A stretch of 58,853 nt of DNA, counting the filler, from Nemertoderma westbladi (Eukaryota; Animalia; Xenacoelomorpha), in NCBI GenBank assembly GCA_032718475.1. It is 3 parts of 3 records of this genome, joined end to end, with 100 filler letters (N's around TTAATTAATTAA, not from the genome) between each part and the next. Parts side by side here need not be neighbours in the genome. Positions count along the whole stretch, not along the records: positions 1 to 9,528 come from JAUCBJ010008157.1; positions 9,629 to 38,296 come from JAUCBJ010002654.1; 1 more part is not named here. One strand, written 5' to 3'. Both the position numbers and the translations under genes were made by a program. Below, one piece after another: positions 1 to 12,400 of the stretch (positions within the stretch are counted from its first letter, which is position 1; every line of letters starts with the position of its first letter). A model generated the notes under the pieces. The model ran no database searches. It worked only from the letters and a program-made list of their open reading frames with translations, and was not told the origin of the DNA.

Positions 1-453
1 ACAGACGGTGATGGGGCAGGGCTGCGGTGCGATGTAGGGATTAGGGGCGCGTTTAACGCACAAACTCAGGCGTTGATCGATATCAGGTCAACCAACCTTG
101 ACGCCGAGTCTTACGCTAAACGTGCTCCTATGACCATTCTCGAGGCTGCGGAAGATGAGAAGAAGCGGTTGTACGCGGCTGCTGTAGCAGCTCGTCGCGG
201 CGACTTCTCACCTTTCGTGGCTTCGTGCGACGGAGTGTTGGCACCGCAGGCGAACATGCTGCTCCGCATTATCGCCACCAAACTCCACAGCGCCTGGGGT
301 AAACCCTACACCACCGTTATGGGATGGGTCCGCACGCGAGTGCAGTTCGCCATTGTCCGCGGTACGTCCCACTGCCTGCGCGGATCTCGCACGAGGTGGC
401 GTAGCGGTCTGGGATTTGAGGACGGGGCCGGTCTCCCAACATTGGCCATGTAA
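1..453 (+). mobile_element. 3' end of a CRE-clade non-LTR retrotransposon ORF (restriction-like endonuclease domain), truncated by the window start
   Basis: Frame is open from base 1: LRCDVGIRG...LIDIRSTN...EDEKKRLY...FSPFVASCDG...GWVRTRVQFAIVRGTSHCLRGSR...GFEDGAGL-stop. This matches the R-x-D...D...E-x-x-K-x-x-x-Y RLE motif and the C-terminus of metazoan CRE elements. Confidence 0.75.
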
Positions 454-1265
454 ATAAACCTGTAATTAATATATTGTTGGACTTTTCCCACTCCTACCTA
501 AAAGATATTTTTAAAGTATGATTGTTTCCTGGTGGTGGGTATTACAGCCATTGTTTGTTTTGTGTTTTTTTTTTTTATTGTTTGTATTTGTCTCAATCCA
601 ATATCAGCATATTTATGTTGTACATGCGATAAAGGTAAATCACGTCGCAGCGTCGTCATCACACAAATTGCTGATATCACACACCGACACACCAACAGTG
701 TTTGGCGGCACAGGATCAAATCCGATGTATCCGTGTAAATCCGATCAATCCGTGTAAAGGATGTAGAAATTTCGCATTGTTGTAATGCTGTGAAAGACAC
801 AAAGTAAACTTTAAACCCAGTGGTGCAATGAGTATGTGTTTTCTCCTGTGGGATTATTTAAATTGTTTGATAGTAATGGAGTGTCGTCCAGCCTTGGGAG
901 TTAGTATGGCGCCCTCCATGCCTTATGGTAACGCAAAGAGAGGAGCTATCGGATTACCCCTGGTGTTTCTTGTTTACTTTACTTTTTAGTAAAAAGGTAG
1001 AGATTGAGCTAGATCTAGATAAGATAAGCAAAAATTAGCAAAAAATACATATGCATACAAATTTTACTATTCGAAAATCCCGCTGGAACCATTCTGCTAG
1101 GACAGATAGTTTATGAGTTTATAAGGCTTTAGGCCGTGATTTACAGGTTCCACCCATCCTGTACATATAGAAAATCATAATCAATATAGTCTACACTTTT
1201 TAAATACATTTATTTATGTTATCGACAATCAGAGGAATAGTACAGTAGTAATACAGCAATCCAAT

Positions 1266-2522
1266 ATGGCAGCAAATAAATATGTTAAATATGTTCAAGA
1301 AACAGCAGATCAATATAACGATAAATTGCGAACGATCAGTCAATCTCTACTGGACAACCCGGAATTAGCATACAAGGAATATAAGTCCCACGATTTATTA
1401 ACCGAGTTTCTCAACCAACAAGGATTTAAAGTTCAGGATAAATACGTTATTGATACGGCCTTTAGAGCTGAGTACGATACTGGTAAATCCGGTCCTACTA
1501 TCGCAGTGCTGTGCGAGTATGATGCCTTGCCGGAGATAGGCCACGCCTGCGGTCACAACCTAATCGCTATATGCGGTCTCGGGGCCGCGGTGATGATTAA
1601 GAATGTTATAGAACAGGATTCCTCGATTGGAGGAAAATTGGTTGTCGTGGGAACCCCGGCTGAGGAAGCCGGAGGCGGGAAAATATATTTAATAGAAAAT
1701 AGTGATGTTTTCAAGGAAGTAACTGTGGCTATGATGGCTCATCCGGTGCCACGTGGCTGTTCGAATTGGGAAGATAAAGACGTTACCCTGAACCGAGTGT
1801 GCTTCCGAGCGCGATTTAAAGGCGTCTCGTCGCATGCGTCCGCGTTTCCATGGAGAGGGGTGAACGCATTGGACGCCGCAGTAAGTGCGTACAACGCTAT
1901 ATCGTGTATGAGACAACACTTTAAACCGTCTTGGAGGTGCCACGCTATTATAACCGAGGGAGGGTTTAAAGTCAACGTGATTCCCGAGTTTGCGGAATTA
2001 GAAGTGGGAATTCGATGTTTAGAGTTGGACGATCTGGTGGTTCTTCAAGGGAAGGTGCACGACTGTCTGAAAGCCGCTGCTCTCAGTACTGGGTGTAGTC
2101 TGGAGATCGACTACACAATGGATACTGCCTATCTCGCCGTGGCGACCAATAAGCCACTCGGTGTCGCGTTCGGTAAGTATGCGACCATGTTAGGGGAATC
2201 TTACGAGCGCCGTGGCGGTCACGACGCATTGCAGGCTTCCACCGATATGGGCAATGTATCTCGTGTTGTCCCATCGATACACCCGTGGTACAGCATTGAA
2301 TGCGAGGCTGTCAATCATTCTAGAGGCTTTACTGAGGCGGCTGGTACACAGGTTGCCCACAATCGCACGATGAGAACCGCCAAGGCCTTGGCATTAGCCG
2401 GGTTGGAAGTCTTAATGAATCCCGAATTGGTTGAGGACATTAAACAAGATTTTGAGAAAATTTATATTGATGATAAAAATCGTCTAATTACGAGCGGTGT
2501 TGTGAAATATTGCCCAGAATAG
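1266..2522 (+). CDS. PM20D2: Peptidase M20 domain-containing protein 2 (amidohydrolase), single coding exon, 418 aa
   Basis: Motifs NPELAYKE, EYDALPEIGHACGHNLI, GTPAEEAGGGK, HASAFPWRGVNALDAAV and STDMGNVS; uninterrupted full-length ORF. Confidence 0.93.
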   Translation: MAANKYVKYVQETADQYNDKLRTISQSLLDNPELAYKEYKSHDLLTEFLNQQGFKVQDKYVIDTAFRAEYDTGKSGPTIAVLCEYDALPEIGHACGHNLIAICGLGAAVMIKNVIEQDSSIGGKLVVVGTPAEEAGGGKIYLIENSDVFKEVTVAMMAHPVPRGCSNWEDKDVTLNRVCFRARFKGVSSHASAFPWRGVNALDAAVSAYNAISCMRQHFKPSWRCHAIITEGGFKVNVIPEFAELEVGIRCLELDDLVVLQGKVHDCLKAAALSTGCSLEIDYTMDTAYLAVATNKPLGVAFGKYATMLGESYERRGGHDALQASTDMGNVSRVVPSIHPWYSIECEAVNHSRGFTEAAGTQVAHNRTMRTAKALALAGLEVLMNPELVEDIKQDFEKIYIDDKNRLITSGVVKYCPE

Positions 2523-3221
2523 ATACATTTTTGGGTCAACTACTGTCTAACTACTTGGTCAACACAACAACTACTGTATAATAATAATCATAATAATAAT
2601 TAATAGCGTTGGTGTTGCAGAATGACAAATCAATTCAATGCGAGTAATCCATGTTGCCATCAGTGTATTGTGAGGGGCTGTCAGAACTCCAGAATCCATT
2701 CCTCTCAAGGGGAAAATCGACGCAAATAACAGCTGATTCAGAAAATATTATACTATAACCTGTCCTTTGCGTTCCTTAATTATTTTTTCTTAGAACACCC
2801 CTAACATGCTTCTGAAACCTGCTCTTTTTCCTTAATTGATATAATTAATACTGTTGTTATTAATTCCCTGATATAGGATTTATTTGCGTCAATAGCCTTA
2901 AATTTGTAGTCGTGGTAGAAATAAGTGTATTTCACGAAAAAGGTTCCTATGTTTTTCCAACCGACCTACGAATTATTATATTTATGCAATAAATTTTAAA
3001 TTAGTCAGCCAGCGAGCCAGGTAATAAATAATAGCCTAGTCTGTACGTAACATAAATATTTCACTATTTAAATTATAATTGTACCTAAATATAAATAACT
3101 ATAACGATCTGACTATATATATTTATTTTATTTATCTATGGTAGAGCTGCTTGGAGATTTCCGTTATAATCGACCATCCATCCTCCCTCATGTAACTAAC
3201 TATAAAATAAATCCGTAATAG

Positions 3222-3820
3222 GGTTGGTGCGCGAAAAAAATGTTACTCAATACAGCCTGGAACTCAGAACTATGGCCTTACCGCTAACGGGATATACAAA
3301 AGTCGTAAGTCGTAATTTACTGGAGATTAATTAGGGCAGCATCGTACAGTACTTGTCGACTGGATCGGAATATGTCAGCCTTGAATCCCGGTCGTACATA
3401 TGTATCAGGCTGATAGGTAGCAGGTACCTGTAATCTACCAAGTTTGCAAAGTTGTGAACAGCATTTTATCTATGTTCTTCATCATATAAACAATTAATTT
3501 TAGTGTTAAAAGATTCGCAAGACTTTCCGCTTACAATTGATATAAGCCACGTGTGAAATTATTGAGAATAAACGTGTATTTGAATCTATCGAAAATCTCT
3601 ATCCATAGAAATCAAGATAAAGAAATTATCAGATCACTTTGTAGTGACGTCAAAACTGTAGCAGCCAATCACAGCTGATTTTCAAAATTGGCTTCCCGCG
3701 CTTACTTAAACCCGACCTTTCGACCGTTTACAAAAAAAACACACCCCGTCACTCGATTCAGGGTACCTTGTTACCCCTTATTCAGTTGTTTCTAACCCAA
3801 CAATTTTTCGCGCACCAACC
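3222..3820. mobile_element. Non-autonomous TIR element (MITE), mariner-like termini
   Basis: 17-bp terminal inverted repeat GGTTGGTGCGCGAAAAA (3222-3238) / TTTTTCGCGCACCAACC (3804-3820); no ORF; no clean TSD. Confidence 0.6.
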
Positions 3821-4059
3821 ATTCTAAATTAATTTTTAGTAACGAGTGAAGAAAATTGCATACTAATTCAACAATATAAATGAGCTTTCTGAAAATTATT
3901 AAACCACCGGTATTGGCTGTGTTTATGTATTACGGGATTGATTAATAATTGATCAAAAATTAATTTTGATAATAATTGATCGTGTAAGTGTTGTAAAGAG
4001 CTTTCGCCGTGAGGACTAGCATGTGCACAATCCTGTGCTCTGGCAGCCCTTGGAGAAGC

Positions 4060-4310
4060 AAGGCTGTCCTTGCTTTCTTGAGACACCCCTTAAAGGACAC
4101 TGACAGTCTTGAAGAGGATAATCTCGCGAAAGTTATGGGGGATAGAGAGTTGTGGCAGTGCAATTTTTTCGATAAGCCGGCATGTCATTTTTAATACACG
4201 CTGAATTGGGCTTGCCAATTGTGGATTGCATGGTGGTGGCCAAAATATTTTTGTTAAGCTGGCATAGGATCTCAATGTGCAGCTGCAATACAGCAGGCCG
4301 ATTATAGTAG
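4060..4310 (+). mobile_element. Degraded 3' end of the RTE-like LINE family also found at 48078-49497
   Basis: Encodes LKDT..LEEDNLAKVMGDRELWQCNFFDKPA, matching 49350-49450, and ends in TGCAGCTGCAAT..CAGCA.GCCGAT plus a (TAG)n tail. Confidence 0.8.
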
Positions 4311-4889
4311 TAGTGTAAAGTGTTACTTTACAAGCAAGTATGAGAATAGTTAGTTAATATTCGGATCTTCACATTTAATTTCCTTCTTTTGACAATGTGA
4401 ATCAATAAATAAATTAGCACATTTTTTTATCGAAATATTTTGCAAATTTCGATGGCCAAAGCGTATAATGTAGGCCTATGTATGTATATAATATGATTAT
4501 TAGTTTATAAATTAAATATCAATATAAAAAAACTAAAATAATAATTATTATAAACTGCAACATAATCATTGGACAAATGGCAATGCAATATAAGTACGGT
4601 CCACTTTATAACAGAAATTTGTAAAAAAGTATTTTCGTTTGTCCTTTTTTTGAATCTCTTTTTAATCTCAAATTTTTTATGCCTGTCAATTTCGGTTCTT
4701 TTATTTTGTTTTATGAAATGATATTCAATAAATATTTTTTCATACAATACAGGTAGCCAGCACAGGATTTTGCTGTATTACAGCTTAATTTATTAAGATA
4801 GAAAATAAGTAAATCAAATTAAAAAAGGGCAAAAGGACATGATAAAAAAAAATAAGTAAAAACTAAATTAAGGAATATGTGAAATAAGC

Positions 4890-5873
4890 TTAGCAACTAG
4901 ATGCATTGTCATCAATATGTGTGGGTTCGGTAACTGTGAGGTTTACTGAAGGCGGCCTATAAGGGGGAGGGGGTGATGGGTTTATTGTAAGCGGAGTGGG
5001 TGGGGGCTGGGGGGCGGTCTCGCTGTAGGGTGGGGGGAAATTAAGCTGAGATCTCCGCCCCCCTACCTGGATACCGTTATTGATGTTGTAAGTAACAACG
5101 AGGTTGGGATTTGTAGGTCTGGACTGAGTTTGATAGAACAAGGGGGATGGGAAGTAGGAGTGTGGGGGCAGGGGGCCGGAAGAGGTCCCGAACAGCGATG
5201 AGGTACCGGGAACGCGTCGGAGCAGAGGAGGGGAACTAGAACGGCTCTTAATGTGGTTAACGATGAAGTAGACGCAGATAAGTACAACAACTAGTCCACC
5301 AACACAGCCGATAATAGCGAATGTTGTTACCTTGTACGTCGCGTCAGTTTGTACATAAACAGTAATGGTATCGTCATCTTCGGTTTCTTGGTCTGAATAA
5401 ACGGCACTACATCCAAACTCGTCCTCGCTCAGAGGCCCCCCGCAGTCACGCACTCCGTCGCATCGATAACGTTTCAACACGCAATGTTGATTCGTCGGGC
5501 TGCAAAGAAACGCAGTCCGATTATCGCATTTTTCGCAATCGTGTTCATCCGATTGGTCCAAACAGTTGTCGTATCCGTCGCAACGGAATTCCCGACGTAT
5601 ACAGAATCCGTTGTCGCATATAAACATGTGATTAGTGTCACAGGACGGAGGCTGCCTGGGGCAGTTGTCCTCGTCTGCACCGTTGCTGCAGTGACGGATG
5701 TTGTCGCACCGGAATCGGTTCTCTATACACTCGGTTTTGATGCTCCAGTCGTCCGCTTGCGATGATATACATTCCACGAGGTTTACGTCGCACCGATCCA
5801 AAATCATTCTCAACGAACCAGAAACTGTTTGGAAAATTAATAGGCCAATAAGACTTGATAAAAACCGAGACAT
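4890..5873 (-). CDS. LDL-receptor class A domain single-pass membrane protein (LDLRAD3-like), single coding exon, 327 aa
   Basis: Hydrophobic N-terminal signal peptide, three LDLa repeats ending C...(A/S)DE..C, a transmembrane helix (FAIIGCVGGLVVVLICVYFIV) and a proline-rich tail with two PPPY motifs. Confidence 0.85.
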   Translation of the reverse strand: MSRFLSSLIGLLIFQTVSGSLRMILDRCDVNLVECISSQADDWSIKTECIENRFRCDNIRHCSNGADEDNCPRQPPSCDTNHMFICDNGFCIRREFRCDGYDNCLDQSDEHDCEKCDNRTAFLCSPTNQHCVLKRYRCDGVRDCGGPLSEDEFGCSAVYSDQETEDDDTITVYVQTDATYKVTTFAIIGCVGGLVVVLICVYFIVNHIKSRSSSPPLLRRVPGTSSLFGTSSGPLPPHSYFPSPLFYQTQSRPTNPNLVVTYNINNGIQVGGRRSQLNFPPPYSETAPQPPPTPLTINPSPPPPYRPPSVNLTVTEPTHIDDNASSC

Positions 5874-6010
5874 TTTATGAGATTAATTTCTGAATTTATA
5901 CAGGCTGACAGCGACAGGCAGCCCTGTAATAAGTCCTGTATAGAAGTACTCGCAATACTGAAATCTGTAACCAATTCTGCAATTAATGCAATTTAATCGA
6001 TGTCAGAAGG

Positions 6011-6189
6011 GTCCGTCTAAATACCCAAATCACACCAAATCACAAAAAAATTGCAAAGTAAAGGAGCAGGTTACAGTGTAGCCAGAAGGAACCAAAACAA
6101 AAAACGATTAGAAAAAAATAAAAATTAGAATTTTTGTGTGATTTGTTGTGATTTGGTCAATTTTGTGTGATTTGGGTGTTTAGACGGAC
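6011..6189. mobile_element. Small MITE/hairpin element
   Basis: About 25-bp imperfect TIR GTCCGTCTAAA-ACCCAAATCACAC / GTGTGATTTGGGTGTTTTAGACGGAC, with AAATCAC subterminal repeats. Confidence 0.65.
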
Positions 6190-7196
6190 TGATTAAATCA
6201 ATGGCAGAATGTAGCTCCATTAGTCAGTGCAGCAGTGGTCAGTCCATAAACCTGAAATCAGTCAGTCGGAGTCACAGTCAATGCCAAATCGAAAAGTATA
6301 AATTGTTAACTAAATTAATTGAGCACAACGAATACTGGAATACTCCATTAAGATTAACCATTAGGCCTACCTCTACATCATTCATTACCATTCATCCATA
6401 AGAAATGGAAGCAAGGCAGGTCGGGTTTGGGGATAGGTGGGTATGTGGGCTTTCCCCAAAATACCCCCAAAATAGTATCTGGTTGGATTCGCGCCCCTCG
6501 GAAAATAGAAAAACAGATAACCATGGAGGCCGACCCTGAGTCAGCTGACCAGCATGGGCACACATCCCTATATATAGTTGTATAGGATTCTTCTCGCAGT
6601 TCACTATAGCACCCATATGGGATAAACATCACTGGGCTGAAATTTTGCATGCTGACAGTCCTCCCGCCCGTTAGAAGAGAAACCAAGAGTTTTTTTTAAA
6701 TCGACCTTTAAGGGTCAAATTTCAAAATTTTTTTAAAAATCACGTTTTTTTTAAATTGCGCTCAATTATCTCAAAAAATTCAAATACAAATCCTGCAATG
6801 TCGTGTGGATTTTTCTAGCTATATAAATGATACACATTATATCAAATTTTCAGATATCCAAAATTTGCCATTTTGAAATGAATCCATCTCGGTATTTTTC
6901 AATGTAGCACGACCCCTAGCTCATGTCCCATTACGCCTATGGGCTTGAAACTTATACCACAAACGCGCCGATAGTGTGGGCATGTTCTCTGAAAATTTTA
7001 GCCAAAAGACATTTAGTGGTCGGCTATGGGCGAGTCGAAGACATTATGTTGCCAATTTTGGTCAATTTGAGCCAATTTCGTAAGCACCCAAGCTCTGTTA
7101 ATATACATCGGATCGAGACGGTTCCACTTTTAATCAAAAGAGGGAAGGTGGATCTATACCTTCTCAATATTTCAGATCCGGACGGATATTTCAGAT

Positions 7197-8485
7197 ACGT
7201 GAGCGAGAGACTGAATCAAAGGCCTTGAAGAAGTCAACAAAGATAACAGCCAGATGCCTGTCTTTCTTTTTTGATAACTGCCAAAATGGGCTCCTTGGTC
7301 CCACGACCTTTACGGAACCCATTCTGATTTCCACGGAGCAGTCTCTCAATGGGATCCCTGATGCGATTTAATAGAATTCTATTGTATATAGCTTTGCAGC
7401 ATTCGAGATCAATGAGATTCCCCGAAAAGAACCATAGAGTGTTAGGTTGCCCTTCTTGGGAACTGGCACCAACTTATTTGTTTTCATTTCTTGTGGGACT
7501 CTTGTTGTTCGGTACATGTCTACTATGATGGGATAGATGAGCTTTAAACACTCAGGTATTTTATAGACCTCAGGGGGAACACCATCTACTCCACTGGCAC
7601 GATTGGTCTTAATGCTCTTTGCAGCAGCCTTCACTTCTGCAAAGGAGATATCACCAATGGGAATATCTGGGAGTACAGACTCAGACACCTTTACTTCTAT
7701 AAAGTTATCAGGCAATACCCTGTCATTATTGAGGAGCTTTTCAAAGTGGGCCTTCCAACCATTGAGGCGATCGGCTGGTGATTCAGCCTTAACCTTGGTG
7801 GTTGGTTGGCTTTTTCGACCAGCAAGCAAGTTGATCGATCTCCATGCCTGGGATGATTGCCTGCTGTCTTCAGCATCGTTGATGGCATCAACTTGTTGGT
7901 TTATTAGCTCCTGTAAATTAACAGAGTACTGCCTGTTCAGGGACCTAGATGCAGCCTTAACTGCATTCTTGGCCGCTGTAGTCTGTTTGAGTCGGGACTC
8001 TTTCTGCGCCTTGTAGAGGTCATTTCGGCACTTCTGAATTTTGTTGTCAGTCCAGGGGGCCCGTTTCCAGTTTCGAGCTATACAGGAACTGTTTCTGCAG
8101 CTGCTAACTTAACTGCCTCTGTGAAGGCAGTATAGCCCTCACAGTGATATGCCGCCTCAGAGGCAAGAGCCTCATACATGTTGCTAAGCTGTAGTGTGAA
8201 GCTGGATCTCACACTTGGCTGTTGCAACAGAGAGGACCAGTCATGCCGCGGCAAGACAGATTTCGTTGTTCTGCTAGCACGCAGACTAAGTCTTACCTTG
8301 GCCACAATAAGGCGGTGATCACTGGAGAAGGGTCGTAGTGTAAATGCATTACAGTCTTGTATAGAGCTCCTGTATTTCCTACGAAACAGGATATGGTCTA
8401 TCTGGGACTTGTGACCACTGGGTCCACTATGAGTCCATAGCTTTCCAGTTCGCTTCTTGAACTGGGTTCCAGCCGAAAACAATCC
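7197..8485 (-). mobile_element. RTE-like LINE fragment (AP-endonuclease C-terminus to RT N-terminus), with stops and frameshifts
   Basis: Peptides WTHSGPSGHKSQIDHIL...SSDHRLI and ASGVDGVPPE...LVPVPKKGNLT..FRGISL. Bases 7197-7490 are nearly identical (reverse complement) to 48078-48385. Confidence 0.9.
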
Positions 8486-8562
8486 ATTTCCAGAGTGTAG
8501 ACAATCATGTAGAAAGTGTTATAATATAATAATATACAGTATATAATAATCTTTATTACCCC

Positions 8563-8596
<34 letters not shown>

Positions 8597-9528
8597 ATGA
8601 CCTGTCCATTCATGCTTATTACATGCTGAGTAACCAAATTTCTTATAACAATTGAATATTATTCATACTATAAACTTATTATATGTGTATAAGATAAGGG
8701 GGTAAGAGGTGTTGTAGTCAATTGGTTATGGAATAGGACGATGTACAATTATGTAAAATACCCTATTTTAATATAATTTGGGAAGGATGGCGGGTTTACT
8801 CTGTAGATTTTACAAGTTCATCTTCACTGTTTATATTCTATTTACATTCTTGAATAATTATATTATAACCATTATAATAGTGTGTCTACACTGCCGCCAT
8901 GTCATTTGGCATAACCTGCCTATTCCCTAGGGATCTCTTCCTCCCTCTTATATCCCCTCTCCCTATCTTCTCTCCCGACTACTAGCGCTTGCGCAGGAAT
9001 GCTTTATTAACCTCCACACTAACTTTATACACTAATATTCACACTAATGCACACTGATTTGCCGACTGTCACAGATTTTAGTCATATATATGGAGGATTG
9101 CGACTCACATCCGTTGGGATTATGACATAGCATTTAATCCACACACAACCACTATAAATTGAACCACAATTGCTACCGATACACCCCTTCTGATTACCTC
9201 AGTAATTAAGAAAGTTAAGGGGGATTTAACGAATTATTCATCAGTTTTCTCCAAATATAACTAACATCCATTAATATATAACAGCAATTAACAATGATAC
9301 TAACAACAGTATGTCAGAATGTAGTGCCGCGGTGTGATACGTTGTATTGTGTTGTGGTATGTTGTGATGTTACGTATGGTACGATGTGTTGTGCAGTGAG
9401 AGTTGTGTTAATAGATTTGCATTCTTACGACTCTCTTAGGCCACTGATGTTAGGGCAAAAGTCAGAAAAATCAGAATGTCCGAATGAATGAATTCCTGAA
9501 TGAATGAATTCTCAGAATTTGCTGTATT

Positions 9529-9628
9529 NNNNNNNNNNNNNNNNNNNNNNNNNNNNNNNNNNNNNNNNNNNNTTAATTAATTAANNNNNNNNNNNNNNNN
9601 NNNNNNNNNNNNNNNNNNNNNNNNNNNN
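9529..9628. other. Assembly gap with artificial linker
   Basis: 44 N + TTAATTAATTAA (stop in all six frames) + 44 N; same structure at 38297-38396. Confidence 0.97.
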
Positions 9629-10467
9629 TCGTTTTTTAGGGGGTCTTAAATATAGCAACGGATAAAATTACCATAGCAACAGCTCTTATAGTAGATAATG
9701 ACGATATAACATTTATAGCAGATTAATATTTTGGATATGAAGAATTTAATGGCATATTTCGTTTTTTCAAAATGCCATAGCAACCAGACGAAAACGACCT
9801 TCAAAGATAGCAATATTGACCATGTCCATAGCAACGGGCTTTGTAATGCGTATTCAGTGGTCGTATCATCATAGAATCAGAGTCTACCAGAATTATATCA
9901 CGTATAAGGAACAATATGAATTATTTTTCAGTTTCTAGTTGCCATGGCAACGAGTAACCTTGACTAAAAACAATCTACATATTAGCCGCAGCGTTTTAAA
10001 ATCAACCTCTACCCTCACTATATCGAGTATAAGGAAAAATATGCAATGTTTTACTTTCTAGATGCCATGGCAACGCGTTAGAATTGATAATAAAGTGTCT
10101 TTAATATCTGTTAGCCGTTTACACTAAGTAAATTAATCACAATTATAACATTCTTAACTATGGAATTAAATTGTGACAAGAATCTCTATTCCGACAGTAT
10201 TCAGTGCACATAACACCGTTACGCCTACAAGAACATCACTGCGTCAAGCAGTCTTTCTGACAGGCACATGTGTTTACTAGTGTAATCAGGAATTGGTGAA
10301 AGGTATTTATTGGGCAACAACATTCCATTTGCAACAGTATTCCAACCAAAATCGAATAAACTTCGATTTATCACGGAGTCATTGCATAATGATGCAATCT
10401 TATTTATTATGTAGAGACATCGCAAAATGTAACCATTTATAGATTCTGTTGTTGGAGGGAGATCCAA
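9629..10467 (-). mobile_element. Academ-like DNA transposon remnant (C-terminal coding fragment about 10190-10467, plus probable subterminal region)
   Basis: Minus strand reads DLPPTTESINGYILRCLY...FGW...LLP...PIPD, then after a frameshift TCACQKDCLTQ*CSCRRNGVMCTEYC: the LPPT/GW/CxC pattern at the end of Academ transposases. The adjacent DNA has repeated CCAT(A/G)GCAAC motifs. Confidence 0.65.
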
Positions 10468-10469
10468 TT

Positions 10470-11117
10470 ACTACTACTACATAGGATCGGCATGCTGCAT
10501 TGCAGATGCATTTTTAAGAATGCTGTCTATGAATTCTATGTCATTGATCAAGAAAACTTGCCACCTCAATGCAGCATAAAGGAGGTGCCACCTGTGGCTG
10601 CATAGACCATCTTACTAGGGCAAATTTGGTCCTGTAACTAGGACCCCCTTCGTTCTGGGATAAGGACGCCCTTGGTCCTGGATTAAGGACCTATATACTT
10701 GGCTGCAGGGGTATATGGCCTGGCCAGGCAGACCTGCCTCTACCAATGGTACTGTACAAATGTGATCTATAAATGGCTGGTCAGGAGTAGAGTGTTCTCA
10801 TGTCCACTCTGAGTGCACTTTACTGCGACATGCACCCCACCTGGTAATTGGTAACTAACAGATGGTAACTCCACCTACTGGCTCCATAAGTCGAGGAAAT
10901 CCTGCCAAGTACCTAACTAATCCTGACTTTGCTGATGACTTAGGAGTACTCTCAGAATCACTAGAGGGAGCCCAACGGCTCCTCAGCTCATTAGAACAGG
11001 CTGCTTCTAGTGTTTGTCTTTTTATTAACTCCAAAAAGACCAACTTTGAAGTTAACTTTGAAAGTCCTCAACAAGTCTCTGACCGGATGAGCATAAGCTC
11101 AAAGGATGGATCCGGAA
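10470..11117. mobile_element. Rearranged RTE-like LINE pieces: 3' tail on minus strand (10470-10527) and RT fragment on plus strand (10862-11117)
   Basis: 10470-10527 is the reverse complement of the family 3' end at 49446-49497. 10862-11117 encodes TPPTGS.SRGNPAKYLT..DFADDLGVLSES, nearly identical to 48611-48860. Confidence 0.85.
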
Positions 11118-11129
11118 GTCAGGTTAGGC

Positions 11130-11385
11130 TACTAGTGGCGTGCAAGCCCGCGGGATGTAAATCTACAATCTTCGTTTCCCTCTCATGATTCTAATTACAC
11201 CATTTATTGTAGTACTAGGGCCTACAGTAGTTGAAGGCCTACATTATTACTAAAATTGCTTTTATACACCTATTGAGACCACGAGGGTACTAAAAACAAC
11301 GCAATTGACCGGAGAGTTTTCGGAACCTTTCGTGTGACAAACAAACAAACAGACAGACAGACACGATTTTCTTACAGTAAGTAAA
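11130..11385. mobile_element. Probable Helentron-associated non-autonomous element
   Basis: ACTAG...GC-rich short stem at one end and a (CAAA)n(CAGA)n microsatellite near the other; similar layout at about 39520-39700. Confidence 0.4.
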
Positions 11386-12247
11386 TCTGAAGATTTACAA
11401 ATAATATTATAATATAATATATTTTATTGTTAAAATTTACAATAATTACCGCTCATTTGATTGGCCCAGCGGTAAATAATATTTGCATTATTTACCTAGG
11501 TAAATGGGGATTATTGCTCTTGAATCAGCCAACGTTGTGCTGTAATAAATACTATTCTGGGGCATTTATTTTATTTAATGAGTAGCTACTACTAGTAAAA
11601 TAGAAATCAAGTAATTAATAATCTTCAGATAAATAATATGTTTTAGAACATTGTGTATTTATTAAATACAATAAATGGCCTGCCCTGCAGGCTGCAACGG
11701 ATGCAAATACCTGCACTTTTTGAAGGCCCATATCTCAGCTATTTCTCATTGACATTAATAGTTATTTACAAATTTGGAATCCTTTCAACGACACTTTTCA
11801 ATTGGTATCAACAAATCACAAGAAAGACGAATAATAATTTCGGTGCCACTGGTGTAATGTTTAGTACTTATTAAACAATAAGATCTTTTAAATCGAATCA
11901 AATCAAATGTTTTTTTAATTTCTCAATAGATACTGCACAATGGAACTATAACTATACAACGATAAACGCACAATTTATTACATGCAAATATACAGGTTGT
12001 CCCACAAAATTTGACACGGTTTGTTTTCAAATAAATCTGCTGCACCTTAATATAATTCGGGATTATTGGTATCATTAGAAAGCTAGAGTGCTAACTTAAA
12101 GAAAGAAACTTGTTGGAAACAATTACGTTGCTATGGTAACTCCCTCGGCAGTTCATAATGAATCAACGGTTTTTTTTCGAAAGGTGCATTAATAATTAAT
12201 TTGAATAATTAAAATACAGTAATTAGGATGATTTTAACAATAAAATT

Positions 12248-12400
12248 ACACATTGTACGATAAATAAAACACGATATTTACCTTTTCGCCCTTCGATCCG
12301 ACTTATTTACCTTCCTCGCTTCGCTCGGCCGGTAAATAACAGATTTCGGGACGAACGGTAAATAAAGCATATTTTATTTACCGTACAATAAATAGTTAAT
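12248..12400. repeat. Short imperfect hairpin element with central CTCGCTTCGCTCG motif
   Basis: Arms ATTGTACGATAAATAAAA...TTATTTACC / GGTAAATAA...TTTTATTTACCGTACAAT, followed by AAATAGTTA. Confidence 0.6.

Noticed and set aside
510-760. Small hydrophobic, Cys-rich ORFs resembling a single-pass membrane protein tail
   Set aside because: The hydrophobic stretch derives largely from a T-rich run; no clear start or splice sites.
1266-2522. Bacterial origin or contamination suggested by intronless genes
   Set aside because: Neighbouring genes are eukaryote- or animal-specific (calcineurin B, HAUS3, GCP2, LDLa receptor) and interleaved with animal transposons.
8500-9130. Possible solo LTR next to the RTE fragment
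   Set aside because: No convincing TG...CA boundary with a TSD and no second copy in the window.
9573-9584. TTAATTAATTAA palindrome inside N runs (also 38341-38352)
   Set aside because: Artificial six-frame-stop scaffold linker, not biological.
9938-9951. Perfect RFX X-box palindrome GTTGCCATGGCAAC
   Set aside because: One of several similar motifs within a transposon subterminal region, far from any gene start; no support for a regulatory role.
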